From Octopus vulgaris (taxonomy: Eukaryota): DNA of 64,000 nucleotides. Below are positions 1-14,742 of this stretch, piece after piece (the stretch's first letter is position 1; every line of letters starts with the position of its first letter). The translations under genes and the position numbers were made by a program. The notes under the pieces were generated by a model, which did not search any database, was not told where the DNA came from, and saw only the letters and a list, made by a program, of their open reading frames with translations. The stretch lies in contig OX597832.1 in assembly GCA_951406725.2 (NCBI GenBank), positions 21,576,001-21,640,000 of the forward strand. The letters run 5' to 3'.

Positions 1-539
1 ATACATACATATATGCATAGACATACACACACACATATTCAAAAACAGATTTAGATACACAATCTACGCACAGACACACACACACACATAATACATACAT
101 ACAGGCATACACAGACATACATACTTACATACATGTACAGATATAAACGCAGATACATACATGCATATATTCATACATAGATATATATACACACATACAC
201 ATGCATACATACATACATTCATACATACATACACGTATATACGCATATATATACATAAACAAATGCACACGGACATACATACATACATACATACATACAT
301 TCATACATACATACATACATACATACATTCATACATACATACATACATACATACATACATACATACATACATACATGCATATACACATATACATGCACAT
401 GTACATACATACCAAATACATACCTACACTCACACACATGCAAAAAAATGCATACATACATACATACTTAATACATACATATACAAGCACATACATATAC
501 AGACACACCACCCGCACCAACACCAACACGACACCACAT

Positions 540-574
<35 letters not shown>

Positions 575-607
575 AGCACACACACACAAACAGACACACA
601 CACACAC
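1..607. repeat. (TACA)n/(CA)n compound microsatellite
   Basis: Direct reading; explains the HTYI/MYVC pseudo-ORFs. Confidence 0.95.
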
Positions 608-714
608 CTCCACCACCATAAGTCTCTCTTGTGAATGACAGAGACAAAAGTGGGCGTGGCTATCTTTGTTGTCAGTGTCAACAAAGTTTATTGAATACGG
701 GATAATGTCACTGC

Positions 715-1115
715 TGTTGTTGTTATTGTGGTGGTGGTTGTGGTGGTGGTGGTGGTGGTAGTGGTGGTGATGGTTGTGGTGATGGTGGTGGTGGTGGTTG
801 TAATTTTAGTGGTAGTAACGGTGGTATCGCTTAAGGTGTTGTTGATGTTATTGTTGTTGTAGTGGTGGAGGTGTTGGCTGTGTCGGCAAAGGTGGTGGTG
901 GTGGTGGTGGTAAGGGGAGGAGAAGGAGGAGGGAGGGACGGTGAGGAGAAAAGTGGGAGCTGAGGTTGATGGGAAGAGAATCAGAAAACGAAAATTCAAT
1001 TAGTATTTTCTTTTAATTGCTGTAATTGCCCCTGTAACATTGTTGTTCTATCGGGTTTGTTTTTTGGTGATGCCGATGCTGCTGCTGCTGCTGCTGATGA
1101 TGATGTTGATGTCGT

Positions 1116-1174
<59 letters not shown>

Positions 1175-1181
1175 GTGATGG

Positions 1182-1228
<47 letters not shown>

Positions 1229-1244
1229 GTGATGATGGTGATGG

Positions 1245-1291
<47 letters not shown>

Positions 1292-1630
1292 GTGATGATG
1301 GTGATGATGACGATGATGATGATGATGATGGGGAGATGAGGAGGAGGAGGAGGCGAAAGGAGGAGAAGATGAGGTGGAGGAGTGGGGAAGGAGGAGAGCG
1401 AGTAAGAGGGGAGGAGGTGGTGGTGGTGGTGGTGGTGGTGGTGGTTAGGGGGAGGATGGAAGGAGGAGGAGAACAACGACGTGATCAACGACAGTAACGA
1501 TGACGAGGCTGAAGAGAAGGATGAACATTAACGTGACGACGACGATGATGATGACTATGATGATGATGATGATGATGACGGTGATGGTAGCAGCGGTGAC
1601 AGTGGTGGTGGTGGTGGTGGTGGTGGTTAT
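715..1630. repeat. (GGT)n/(GAT)n/(GGA)n trinucleotide low-complexity region
   Basis: Direct reading; the poly-D/M/I ORFs are repeat translations. Confidence 0.9.
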
Positions 1631-1960
1631 AACGAAAATATGGACGACTTCGACAACGATGACGACGAAGACGTCATAATTTTTTCTGTCCCCCCCCCTC
1701 CCTTTATACGATACTTCTAAGGACGCCGAAAACAGCCCAAGGGGGTAACCCTGTCTATGACATGTAGGAAAGAAAAGTGTTCTGCATACTAAATTCAAAT
1801 ACCGTAGAATCTTGCATATGTAATACATCCATTTATAGCATCTTTAAATCAACTGGAATTATCCAAGTGATTAGCAGATAAAAACTTCCTTGCATTGTTC
1901 CAAGACTCACGATCGTCTGACGACCGATTTCTTTGAACAATGAGTAACAGCTTATGCCTT

Positions 1961-2100
1961 TTATCTTTTGTTTCTTTCGGTCACTATATTGCGGCCATGC
2001 TGGGGCACCGCGTTGAAGATTTTTTTAGTTGAATGAATTGACCGCCAGTAATTATTTACTTTTTAAGCCTAGTACTTATTTTGTCGGTGTGTCTTTTGCT
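1961..2100 (-). mobile_element. SINE family A, 3' fragment
   Basis: Reverse complement contains GCGGTGCCCCAGCATGGCCGCA and AAAATAAGTACTAGGCTT, matching the 3' half of full copies such as 30900-31316. Confidence 0.7.
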
Positions 2101-2190
2101 GGTGGTGGTGGTGGTGGTGGTGGTAATGATGGTTTTGGTGGTGGTTTTGGTGGTAGTGGTGGTGGTGGTGGTAATAATGGTTTTGGTGGT

Positions 2191-3576
<1,386 letters not shown>

Positions 3577-3686
3577 ATGACTAATATATAGTCTTCTTGA
3601 CTAATTTTTTTACGTTAGACCACTGGAAATGTAAATTTTGATTGAATATTTTAATTTTAATTAAATTTCATTTCCCTTTGATATGA

Positions 3687-3720
<34 letters not shown>

Positions 3721-3722
<2 letters not shown>

Positions 3723-3865
3723 CGAACTTCTTTTAATTTCCGTCAGTCAAATCCACTCATAAGGCTTTATAGTCTGTCAGGGACTACACCAGAAAATATT
3801 TGTCCAAAGTGCCACGCAGTGGAACTGATCCCGGTACCGTGTTAGTAGGATGCAAATTACATATG
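3721..3865 (-). mobile_element. SINE family A, degenerate 5' half
   Basis: AAATCCACTCATAAGGCTTT and GTGCCACGCAGTGGAACTGA match family A reverse strand. Confidence 0.7.
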
Positions 3866-3994
3866 GCATTGCTGTTGTTGTTATTATTGTTATTATTATT
3901 TAGACCTAGACTAATACCGATTGTGCATGCCTATGATTAAAAGCTTTCTTATTTAAATTGGCCAAAGAAGAAGTTACGCTTATTTTTTTATATA

Positions 3995-4160
3995 TTGGTT
4001 TCAAATTATGGCACACTGTCAGCCATTATTTCAGGGGTGGAGGAGAGCTAAGTCGATTACATTACACCCCCACCCCCCGTGCTCAATTGGTACTCATTTT
4101 ATGAAAGGCAAATTCGACCTCGACGGAATTTGAACTCAGAACGTTAAAACGAGCGAATTG
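3995..4160 (-). mobile_element. SINE family B fragment
   Basis: ATGAAAGGCAAATTCGACCTCGACGGAATTTGAACTCAGAACG is shared with 25785-26014. Confidence 0.75.
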
Positions 4161-4289
4161 TTTAAAATATTAAGTTCTTATCGTGTTGGGAGAAAGAAGT
4201 ACGAGGCTATAAAGCCCTTCCTTTATCCAGGACCCATAAAAATAATTGGCTCAAGAGCGCATCCCCTCTTTAAAAATATCTGACCTTAT

Positions 4290-4599
4290 CAACTGGCACT
4301 CGGTCAGTTACGACGACGATGAGGGTTCCAGTTGATCTGATCCTTAATTTAACGTGCAAGTGGTTGGGTATTCCACAGACACGTATACCCATAACGTAAT
4401 TCTCAGGAGGATTTAGTGTGACACAGACTGTGACAAGGCTGATCCTTTGAATGGCAGGTACCACTCGTTTTTGCCAGCTGAGTGGAGCAACGTGAAATGA
4501 AGTGTCTTGCTCAAGGACACTACGCGTCGCCGGGAATTGAGCTCACGACCTTACGATCGTGGGCCGAACACCTGAACCACTGAGCCACGCACCTTCACT
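4290..4599 (-). mobile_element. tRNA-derived SINE family D (CORE-like central segment)
   Basis: Minus strand has A box TGGCTCAGTGG, B-box-like GAGCTCAATTCC, then GTGTCCTTGAGCAAGACACTT; head is shared with 52538-52869. Confidence 0.8.
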
Positions 4600-4948
4600 T
4601 TGGCCTTGCAACAATTAACATGGCGTTGTTGTTGTTGTGCTCTTTCTTCTCCTTCTTCTTCTTCTTCTTCTTCTTCTTCTTCTTCTTCTTGCTGATGCTG
4701 CTGATGGTGATGTTGTTGCCACTGATGCAATCTCTTTTGTTCTTATTCCTTCCATTGATAGTTCGTCATCTCTCCCCCCTTTGCCCGCCCCTCTTTCTCT
4801 CCTCTTCCCCAACCCCCGCTCTCCCTCTCCCACCACCTCTCTCTCTCTCCCAAGCATACTCACCCTTACACTCTTTCCAAGTTTTCTCACACTTCCTCAT
4901 TCTACATCTTTGCCTTTCTCTCTCGCACTTCTCTCCCTCTCTCTTCTC

Positions 4949-5001
<53 letters not shown>

Positions 5002-5193
5002 TCCCTCGTTCATCTCTCACAGCCTGACTGTCTCTTTCTCTCACCCTCCCCCGCTTTCATATGTGTACAGTTAAGTACATATATGTATGTGTGCATGTAT
5101 GTGTGTGTGCATGTGTGTGTGTATGTATATATATCCAGATATAAAATATGAATATACATACGCATACATATAAATATACATTATATATATATG

Positions 5194-5224
<31 letters not shown>

Positions 5225-5540
5225 ATGTGTGTGTGTATGTGTGTGTGTGTGTGTGTATAAATCTCTCCCTTTTTCTCTCTCTTTCACCGATTCTCTTCAA
5301 TTCCTATGTTTTCTTATCTTTTCTTTCCTTCTCTCATACTCACTATTTATTGAGAGGGGGACAATAAAATAGTTATGTATGTGTGTATGTATATATATAT
5401 ATGTGTGTGTGTGTGTGTAGACATTTATATATATTTATACACTTATATATATATATATATGTATATATATGTATATATATATACATATGTGTGTGCGTGT
5501 ATTCGTATGCATGTATGTATATGTATATCTGTACACACAA

Positions 5541-5577
<37 letters not shown>

Positions 5578-6153
5578 ATTTTCCAACTAAATTCTTATAT
5601 GTAATTTTTTATCCTAACTACCTCCTCTCTCTCTCTCTCTCTCTTCTTTTTCTCTTTTTCATCATCTTACTCGCCCCATCCTTTCCACTTCTTCCCTCCC
5701 TCACCTCATCCCCATTCTCTCCTTCTCCCTTCTTCTCCTCGCCTTTTCTCCTTTTGTCTAACTTCTCTCCTTCTCTGCCACCATTATTAATCTACCAAGA
5801 TCATTACTAACAAGGAAGACTAAAAACCATTACCACAACAAACCGACCAACCATCCAACCCGCAGCCGACCAGCCAGCACATTCCCACCACCATCACCTC
5901 TACCACTAATAATTAAAATATATTACAAAAACAACGTAAATAGAAGTCAATAAAAAAAAATTAAAACATGGATGTACGACAAAAAATATCACAAAACAGA
6001 ATTGATACGATATGTGTGTGTGTATAAATATACGCATATACATATGTATATATACATATATATATACGCATACATAGATATATACACACATATGTGTATG
6101 TATATATATATACATATATATCTATATGTATATGTATATACATATATACATAT

Positions 6154-6187
<34 letters not shown>

Positions 6188-6234
6188 TAAAGATATCCAC
6201 ACTTAGACACACATATATGTATATATATATACAT

Positions 6235-6276
<42 letters not shown>

Positions 6277-6311
6277 GTACGCATAGGGACATACACTCAC
6301 ACACATACATA

Positions 6312-6348
<37 letters not shown>

Positions 6349-6829
6349 TCATCATCATCATATATATAAATGTTGTGTGTATTGTATTATATAAAGAACA
6401 AGGAGAAGGAGAAAAAAAATGAAAAGTATGAAAAAAAGAAATAAAAATCAAAAACAAGAGATCAAGACCAGCCAAACTAGAATATATAACAAAAGACAAA
6501 CATTAGAAAATAAAACAAAACAAAACAAAATAAAACAAAACAAAAATGAAACAAAGCTTAAAGAGAAAACATGGTAACCAAGATGGCGTCAAAGAAAACA
6601 AGAGAAAAAAAAACATGGCTGGTCAAAAGCGAAGAGAATGGCGATGAAGCTGTGAAGTGAATCAAACTGTAGTTGATTGAACTTAGAGAGAAAAAGGGCG
6701 GGTCTGCTGTTATGGAATATGTGCAGCCACCCTCCAACCCGACCCGTCACCGTTCATGCATCACTGAGTTCGAAAAAGGTTGCTACAGTCAATGTTGCTT
6801 TGTTTTTGTTTTTATTATTGTCAGTAACG

Positions 6830-7087
6830 TTATCGTCATCATCAGCGTCAGCATTATCATCGTCATCATCGACGTCGTCATCGTCCTTATCATTATCACC
6901 ATCCACCTCATCATCATTATCGTCATCACCATCATCATCATCACCATTATCATTATCATCATCATCACTATCACCATCTCATGTTCATCATTATCGTCAT
7001 CATCATAACCGTCGTCGTCATAATCGTCGTGCCATCATCACCATCGGTAGCAGCAGCAGCAGCAACATCAGCAGCAGCAACATCAAT

Positions 7088-7137
<50 letters not shown>

Positions 7138-7430
7138 TATCGCCTTCATCAACGACACCAACATAACCATCCATTTTCATTATCGGCATCATCATCATCA
7201 TCATCATCACTCGCATCACCACCACTACCACCACCACCACCACCACCACCACCCCATCGTCATCATCATCACAACCACAACACCAACATGTTCATTATTG
7301 TCGTCGTCCTCCACATCATCATCATCCTCTACTTTATCTTCGTCCTCATTATCATCACCGTCTCATCACCAATATCGTTGTCGTTATAACCAACATCTTC
7401 ATCATCGTCATCATCATCATCATCATCACC
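6830..7430. repeat. (CAT)n/(CAC)n/(CAG)n low-complexity region
   Basis: Direct reading. Confidence 0.9.
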
Positions 7431-7469
7431 GTCCTCATTTCCATTATAATAATTGCACTTCTCATTTTC

Positions 7470-7660
7470 AACCAGAACTGGAGGAGTATTTTTCGTCACG
7501 GACAAGTCAATTTTGGAAGAGATGACTTGCATGTCTACAAGATAGATGGAAGAGCAGTGTAGAAAATGAAGGAGAATGTATTTTAGACTTAAAACATTTG
7601 TTTATCTTAATTTTGAAAAACAAAAGCATAAAAAACCGCATTATTTATGGGATGATCCAG
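7470..7660 (+). mobile_element. mariner transposon 3' remnant with right TIR
   Basis: Translates LEEYFSSRTSQFWKR*LACLQDRWKSSVENEGECILD (mariner C-terminal pattern FF..K...F...GI..L..RW..V...G.Y), followed by AAAAACCGCATTATTTATGGGATGATCCAG and TA. Confidence 0.75.
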
Positions 7661-7749
7661 TATATGCATTAGTTCATATGTATGTGTCTATATGTGTGTG
7701 TGTGAGTGTGTGTGTGTGTAAATAAATATATATGTATATTTATATACCC

Positions 7750-8160
7750 GCGAGTATGTGTATGTGGTAAGTAGCTTGCTTACCAACCACATGGCTCCTG
7801 GTTCAGTCCCACTGCGTGGCATCTTGGGCAAATGTCTTCTACTATACCATCGGGCCAACCAAAGCCTTGTGAGTGGATTTGGTACCCGGAAACTGAAAGA
7901 AGCCCGTCGTATGTATAAATATATATGTGTGTGTGTGCGTGCGTGTGTATGTCCGTGTGTGTGTTTGTCCCTACACCGTCGTTCCACAACCGATGCTGGT
8001 GTGTTTACGTCCCCGTAACTTAGCGGTTCGGCATAAATAACCGATAGAATAAAAGTACTAGGCTAACAAAGAATAAGTCCTGGGGTCGATTTACTTGACT
8101 TAAGTCGGTGCTCCAGCACAGCCGCAGTCAAATAACTAAAACGAGAAAAAGAATAAAAGA
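7750..8160 (+). mobile_element. tRNA-derived SINE family A (CORE-like), near full length
   Basis: TGTGGTAAGTAG, B-box-like GGTTCAGTCC, CORE-like CTTGGGCAA, internal TA/TG microsatellite, 3' tail GGTGCTCCAGCA...CAGTCAAAT. Confidence 0.9.
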
Positions 8161-8174
8161 ATATATATACATAT

Positions 8175-8312
<138 letters not shown>

Positions 8313-8747
8313 CTATAAACAATACCGATGTATTTTTCCTTTTTTTTTCTCTTTATTTCTTTCTTTATAATTTACTAATTTAATTGTTACATTTAATTTC
8401 TTTGTGTCTTTTAAAAATATTTTCTCGTGTTTTTCTCTGTTTTGTTTTTGGGATTCTTGAATCTTTTGTTTTTTGTTTGTTTTTTTGCTGGGTTTTTTTT
8501 TTTAACAAGCAAATTTATCAAAGTGAATCAATCAACTTTTACTTCAGAACAAATAAAATTTAAAAAAGCAAAAAGAAAAAAAAGCAGATATATTTTTGGA
8601 TAAATTTCGTAAACATAAGTCAAATAATGAATTAACGACTGCTATTACAAATTACACTGTATAACTACAATATCGTAATTAAATTGTTGATAGCTTTCCA
8701 CATTTGGTGGTGGCGGTGGTGGTGGTGGTGGAGGTGGTGGTGAATAG

Positions 8748-8975
8748 GGTTATTTGTTTCCGTCATTGGAATGGAGCCATGCTGGAGCACTGTCTTCAAA
8801 TACTTTACTCAAATAAATCGTGCCCAGTTCTTTTGTTATTCCTTTGTTTTTGTTAATGTCTTTGTTTTTGATTTTTTTTTCAAGCTGGTCACTTTCACCG
8901 AACCGCTGAATTTGCGGGATCGTAAACAAACCAAAATTGGTTGTCAAGCTATGGAAAGGGCACATACACACAAAT
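8748..8975 (-). mobile_element. SINE family A, degenerate 3' half
   Basis: GCCATGCTGGAGCAC and CCGAACCGCTGA match family A reverse strand. Confidence 0.65.
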
Positions 8976-9420
8976 ACACACACACGTGTCTGTATATATA
9001 TATATATAATCATTATAAATATAGGGTAAAAAATTATTAATTTATGATTAATAAATTTTACCAAGTAGTTTCGGTATGGAAAAGAACCATATTCGGTAAA
9101 AACTTATGCAAGAAGTTTTATATATAGCTATAACAATAATTAATGGTTTAGCAACAAGTTGCTTCACCACATACCGAAAATTTAGAAATAGCTACAAAAT
9201 ATGACTCCACAGATAGCACTATCTGTAACTTACATAGGTAAAAAGAAGGAAAATAATGAAATCAAAACAGTCTTCGATTAATTATAAACGCGTTTCTGGA
9301 TTAGAATTATAAAAATTCATTTCCTTTATGAACATAATATTTCGAGAATTATAAATTTGAAAATGCTAGAAAACCTACCCTTTGCATTTCTGACCAAAAT
9401 AATATACAAGGAGTTTACCA

Positions 9421-9867
9421 TGTGTGCTTTGATAGAAATTTGGTTTCTATTTCTCGCCTCATCTTCTCTCATCACGCAGGCCTATGATCAAAAATGTCCC
9501 AGCCATAACCATCTCATCATTTGATATACTTCATATAAGGACTTCATTGAGGTTGGTTTGATAAAAAATCTGGTTGTTAATTGTAGCCAGGTCTTTTCTG
9601 ACTGCGCAGAGCTATGATCAAAAGCGTTCCAGCCATAACTATCCCAGCATTTGACATATACTTTAAGAGTTACATCGAGCTTGACTGGATGGAAACTTAA
9701 TTACTTTTTCTAACTGTGACTTCTCTGATCGTGCAGACCTCTGACCAAAAGCGCTCAAGCCATGACCATCCTAATATTTGAAAGATATTCTAACGACTGC
9801 ATCGAGTGATATTTGTCATCAATATGGCTGCTATTTCACTCAAGTCGAGCAAATTGCATACAAACTC
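9421..9867. repeat. Degenerate tandem repeat, ~128-bp unit, ~3.5 copies
   Basis: CTATGATCAAAA...CAGCCATAAC recurs at ~9482, ~9613 and ~9740; units end in CAT(T/C)GAG. Confidence 0.75.
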
Positions 9868-10023
9868 GGAATGGCTGTGTGGTAAGTAGCTTGCTTACCA
9901 ACCACATAGTCATGGGTTCAGTCCCACTGCGTGGCACCTTGGGCAAGTGCCTTCCACTATAGCCTCGGGCCGACCAAAGCCTTGTGAGTGGATTTGGTAG
10001 ACGGAAACTGGAAGAAGCCCGTC

Positions 10024-10100
<77 letters not shown>

Positions 10101-10310
10101 CTTATGTGTCTGTGTTTGTCCCCCGCAACATCACTTGACAACCGATGCTGGTTTGTTTATATCCCCGTAACTTGGCGGTTCGGCTTAAGAGACCGATAGA
10201 ATAAGTACTTGGTTTATAAAGAAAAAGTTCTGGGGTCGATCTGCTCGACTAAAGGCGGCGCTCCAGCATGGCCGCAGTCAAATGACTGAAACAAGGAAAG
10301 AATAAAAGAA
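9868..10310 (+). mobile_element. SINE family A, full length
   Basis: Same architecture as 30900-31316, with tail hairpin CAGTCAAATGACTG. Confidence 0.92.
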
Positions 10311-10333
10311 TTGTTGCTCATACTGCTGCCGCG

Positions 10334-10378
<45 letters not shown>

Positions 10379-10809
10379 ATTAAATAACCATTATCTCCCG
10401 AATAATTACTATTTTCTATATTTTTTTTATATTTTTACATTTTTATATTTTTTATAATTATTTCTTTAAATTTTATATTTTAAGTCTTTATATCTTTTAC
10501 ATTCATTTCATTTCATATTTCTTCATTGAAAGAAAAATGCTGTATTTTATAATATTTTTATAACACTATTGTTATTTTGAGATTTTTTCTTTTCCCTTTT
10601 CACGTTTTTTTTTTCTTTTTTTACATTATTTTCTGTCGTCTTTTCTTCGTCAGAATTTTCTTTCGGCATGTTTTATTTTTATTTTTATTTTTTTTTATAT
10701 CTTCTATTTTATTATTATTGTTTTATTTTATCGTTTCTTTCGTGATTTTCAAAATTCCATTTCTATATAATTTTATATGTATTTGTTGTTGTTATTATTA
10801 GTATTGTTC

Positions 10810-10849
<40 letters not shown>

Positions 10850-10900
10850 CATCATCGTCATCATCATCATCATCATCAACATTATTTTTATTATTATTAA

Positions 10901-11039
10901 GGCGGTGAGTTGGCAGAACTGTTAGCAACCCGGACAAAATGCTTGGCGGCATTTCGTCCGTCTTTATGTCATCTGAATTCAGATTCTACCGAGTTTGACA
11001 TTGCCTTTCATCCAATCGGAATCAATAAAACAAGTAGCA
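10901..11039 (+). mobile_element. SINE family B, 5' part
   Basis: GGCGGTGAGTTGGCAGAACTGTTAGC head and TTGCCTTTCATCC core. Confidence 0.75.
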
Positions 11040-11440
11040 AAAAATTGGCCAAGCTCACCCAGAAATGGACAGAAAGGAAGCTGTCGATGAAAGGCCGGGT
11101 GGATGTAGCGAATGCATGCATCGCCCCGCTAGTGTAATACTGCCTAGCCGTCGTAACTTGTAACCCCCAAAATCTTTGGCCAAATTAGAGCGCTTGCTTT
11201 TTCGATCTTTATGGAAGGGTCAGCTTTCACTGATCAGAAAATCCATATGCTGTCAACACTCACTCCACGGTGGCCTTGGGACGCCATTCTTGATGATGCA
11301 GCGTCCAGCATTGAGGCTGACGCACCTGCAGAAATATCTAAATCACTGCGCAGGTGTGATTGACGATGAGAAAAACAGCGGTAAACTGGTGTGGGCGTCT
11401 TTCGTGCGACAGGTAATTCCGTTACTCATCTCAATGACTT
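11040..11440 (+). pseudogene. LINE ORF2 fragment (L1/Tx1-like, post-RT region), disrupted
   Basis: KWTERKLSMKGRVDVANACIAPLV*Y and LERLLFRSLWKG...GGLGTP match the W..R.LS..GR...N / F.W / GGLG.P pattern of L1/Tx1 ORF2; a stop and a frameshift are present. Confidence 0.75.
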
Positions 11441-11667
11441 ATCCCACCGCCCACAAAATTTCAGGACTTGTATCTGTAGTAGATAAAATTATCTTTACCA
11501 TACAAGCAGATATCCTGCCCTCCGGGTGGTTTTTCTGCTGGTTATTAATATTAGTGCGAGGAGAAAGCCTCTGACCTCTTACGTTCGGTGTTCAATTCCT
11601 CCTGTGTTGTTGTCGTTGTTGTTTTTTTGTTGCTTTTATTGTATAGCTCCTCTATCTCTCTCTCTTC

Positions 11668-11736
<69 letters not shown>

Positions 11737-11764
11737 AATCTATCAATCTATCTTTATATCCATC

Positions 11765-11795
<31 letters not shown>

Positions 11796-11857
11796 CCATC
11801 TATCCATCTATCTATCTATATATCTATCCATCTATCTACCCATCTATCCATCTATCC

Positions 11858-11923
<66 letters not shown>

Positions 11924-11924
<1 letters not shown>

Positions 11925-11983
11925 CATTCCAAGGCCACCGTGGAATGGGTGCTGACCAGCATATGGATTTTCTGATCAGTGAA

Positions 11984-12020
<37 letters not shown>

Positions 12021-12230
12021 ATCCATTCCAAGGCCACCGTGGAATGGGTGAGCATATGGATTTTCTGATCAGTGAAGCTGACCCTTCCATAAAAATCGAA
12101 AAAGCAGCGCTCTAATCTGTTCAAAGATTTTTGGGGGGACAAGTTACGACGGCTAGGCAGTATTACACTAGCGAGGCGATGCATGCATTCGCTACATCCA
12201 CCGGCCTTTCTTCCCATTTCTGGGTGAGCT
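11924..12230 (-). repeat. Inverted, indel-rich duplicates of the LINE fragment at 11052-11280
   Basis: Reverse complement of 12023-12230 aligns to 11052-11280 (GTGGATGTAGCGAATGCATGCATCGCC...CTGATCAGAAAATCCATATGC...CCACGGTGGCCTTGG); 11924-11983 is a further partial copy; copies are separated by (TATC)n. Confidence 0.88.
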
Positions 12231-12498
12231 ATCTATCCATCTATCTATCCATCTATCCATCTATCTATCTATCCATCTATCTATCCTTCCATCTATCTAT
12301 CTGTCTATCTATCTATTTATCTATCTATCTATTTTTCTCACACTCTCTACCTCTACATCTCTTTCTTTCCTCAATCTTTGTCTCTTCTTGTTTCTTTCTG
12401 TTGCCTTTGGTTCATTTTCTTTCTTTCGTCCTCTTTATTTTTTAATCATTTTTTTTCTTTTCATTTTTTTTCCTTCTATTTTAGAAAAAAAGACACTC

Positions 12499-12537
<39 letters not shown>

Positions 12538-13546
12538 ACTCTTTTTTCTCTCTCTCTCTCTCTTTCTCTCTTTCTCCTTCTCTGCTTCTCCGTCATTCTC
12601 TCTCTCTCTTTATCTCTCTCTTTCTATCTCTCTTTTTCTCTCCCTCTTTCTCTCTCTCTCTCTCTGCCGTCCATTTTCATTTTCTGTATTCATGTCATTG
12701 TATTTTATTTTATTTACACACATACACGCGTAGACTTATACGCACATGCACGCATACGCACGCAGTCAGTCATACACACACAAACACACACGCACTTACG
12801 CACGCAGACACATAGACACACACATATGTACACACATGCAAACCTACACATACACACACACATATATACATACATATACATTTTTACACAGACATATACA
12901 TACATACTCACACTAAAACATACAGAGTAACACACATAGACATACCCACAGACACATCTGGACATAAATACATACACATACATACAGACACATACACACA
13001 CATACACATACATATATATACACAGCTAGGCATACAAACACTCAAATATGCACATACATACATACATGCACACATACACACATTCATATACATACACAGC
13101 TATACACACAGACGCTAACACATAGACATACACATACACATACATACACACATTTTCACACACAGACACACAATCACTCACATATACACGTACGCACACA
13201 TCATCGACATACACACTCAGACACACACAAACACTGACACATACACATACACACACATAATCCCCATACACACTCAGACACAAACACTCACACATACACA
13301 CACACACACTCACACACACAACACACTCAGACACACATACACACACATACATCCACATACACACTCAGACACACAAACACTCACACATACACACATACAT
13401 ACATACACACTCACACACACAAACACTCACACATACATACACACACCCATTGTTAAAAAAAAATAACAGATCGATTATTTCTCGTCCGTCTTTTCATTGC
13501 CAACTTTAATGGTTGTTATGGGCCACTTGATTAGATCAAATGGCCA

Positions 13547-14050
13547 CCCGGCGCCACCCCCCACGACCCAACTCCGGCGCCACCCCGGCGTCACCACTCA
13601 CCCTCCCGACGCCACCCTGACACCATAGCCGCAACTCCTTCTCCTCCCCCTCCTCCTCCACCCGGCACCACCCCCCACGACCCAACCCCGGCATCACCAC
13701 TCCCACTCCCGACGCCACTCTGACACCATAGCCGCAACTCCTTCTCCTTCTCCTCCAGCCGGCACTACCCCCACGATTCAACCCCGGCATCACCATCCAC
13801 CCTCCCGACGCCACCCTGACACCATAGCCGCAACTCCTTCTCCCCCACCTCCTCCTCCACTCGGCACCACCCCCACGACCCAACCCCGGAGTCACCACTC
13901 ACACTCCCGACGCCACCCTGACACCATAGCCGCAACTCCTCCTCCTCCTCCACACGGCACCACCCCTACAATCCAACCCCGGCGTCACCACTCCCCCTCC
14001 AGACGTCACCCTCACACCATAGCCGCAACTCCTCCTTCTCCTCCTTCTCC
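13547..14050. repeat. GC-rich minisatellite, ~95-115-bp unit, ~5 copies
   Basis: CCCGACGCCACCCTGACACCATAGCCGCAACTCC recurs five times with minor variants. Confidence 0.92.
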
Positions 14051-14149
14051 TTAACGATTCCTTCAACGCCAACCCACCCCACCACCCGTGCCCCGTACTC
14101 CGCGCCATCCTCAATTAAAAATAAAAACTCCACCCTTAATCCCAAGCAA

Positions 14150-14515
14150 CAACAACAACAACAACGGTGATAACCACTACTGCTACCACAACAGTAACAT
14201 TTATCACCAGTCTCAACCACTACCACAACAACAACATCGACGTAAACAACAACAACAACAGTAGAACAACGGGCTACAAAAACAAAACCACTACTACTAC
14301 TAATACTACTACTAGCACTACCACTATCACCACTGCTACTACAAATATTACTACTACTACTACTACTACTTCTACTACTATTTCTACTACTACAGTCACC
14401 ACTACTAGCACTACCACCATCACCACCGCTAGTACAAATAATACTACTACTACCGCCTTCACCACCACTACTACTTTTACTATTATTATTACATCAAAAG
14501 CAATGGCTACTGCTG

Positions 14516-14564
<49 letters not shown>

Positions 14565-14627
14565 TGCTGCTGCTACTACTACTACTATTACTATTACTAC
14601 TGCTACTACTATTATTATTACTACTGT

Positions 14628-14663
<36 letters not shown>

Positions 14664-14692
14664 AATGTACAACATCCAAAATGTCAGTCACA

Positions 14693-14742
<50 letters not shown>

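Noticed and set aside
1873-1945. Small hairpin CATTGTTC...GAACAATG containing CTGACGA
   Set aside because: No GAAA partner and too short and irregular for a pre-miRNA call.
6578-6592. YY1-like CAAGATGGCG motif (also at ~47620)
   Set aside because: An isolated short motif with no supporting promoter evidence.
13547-14050. CRISPR-like repeat-spacer array or repeat protein (RSCGYGVRVASG)
   Set aside because: Inter-repeat segments are homologous rather than unique spacers, the context is eukaryotic, and the frame shifts between units.
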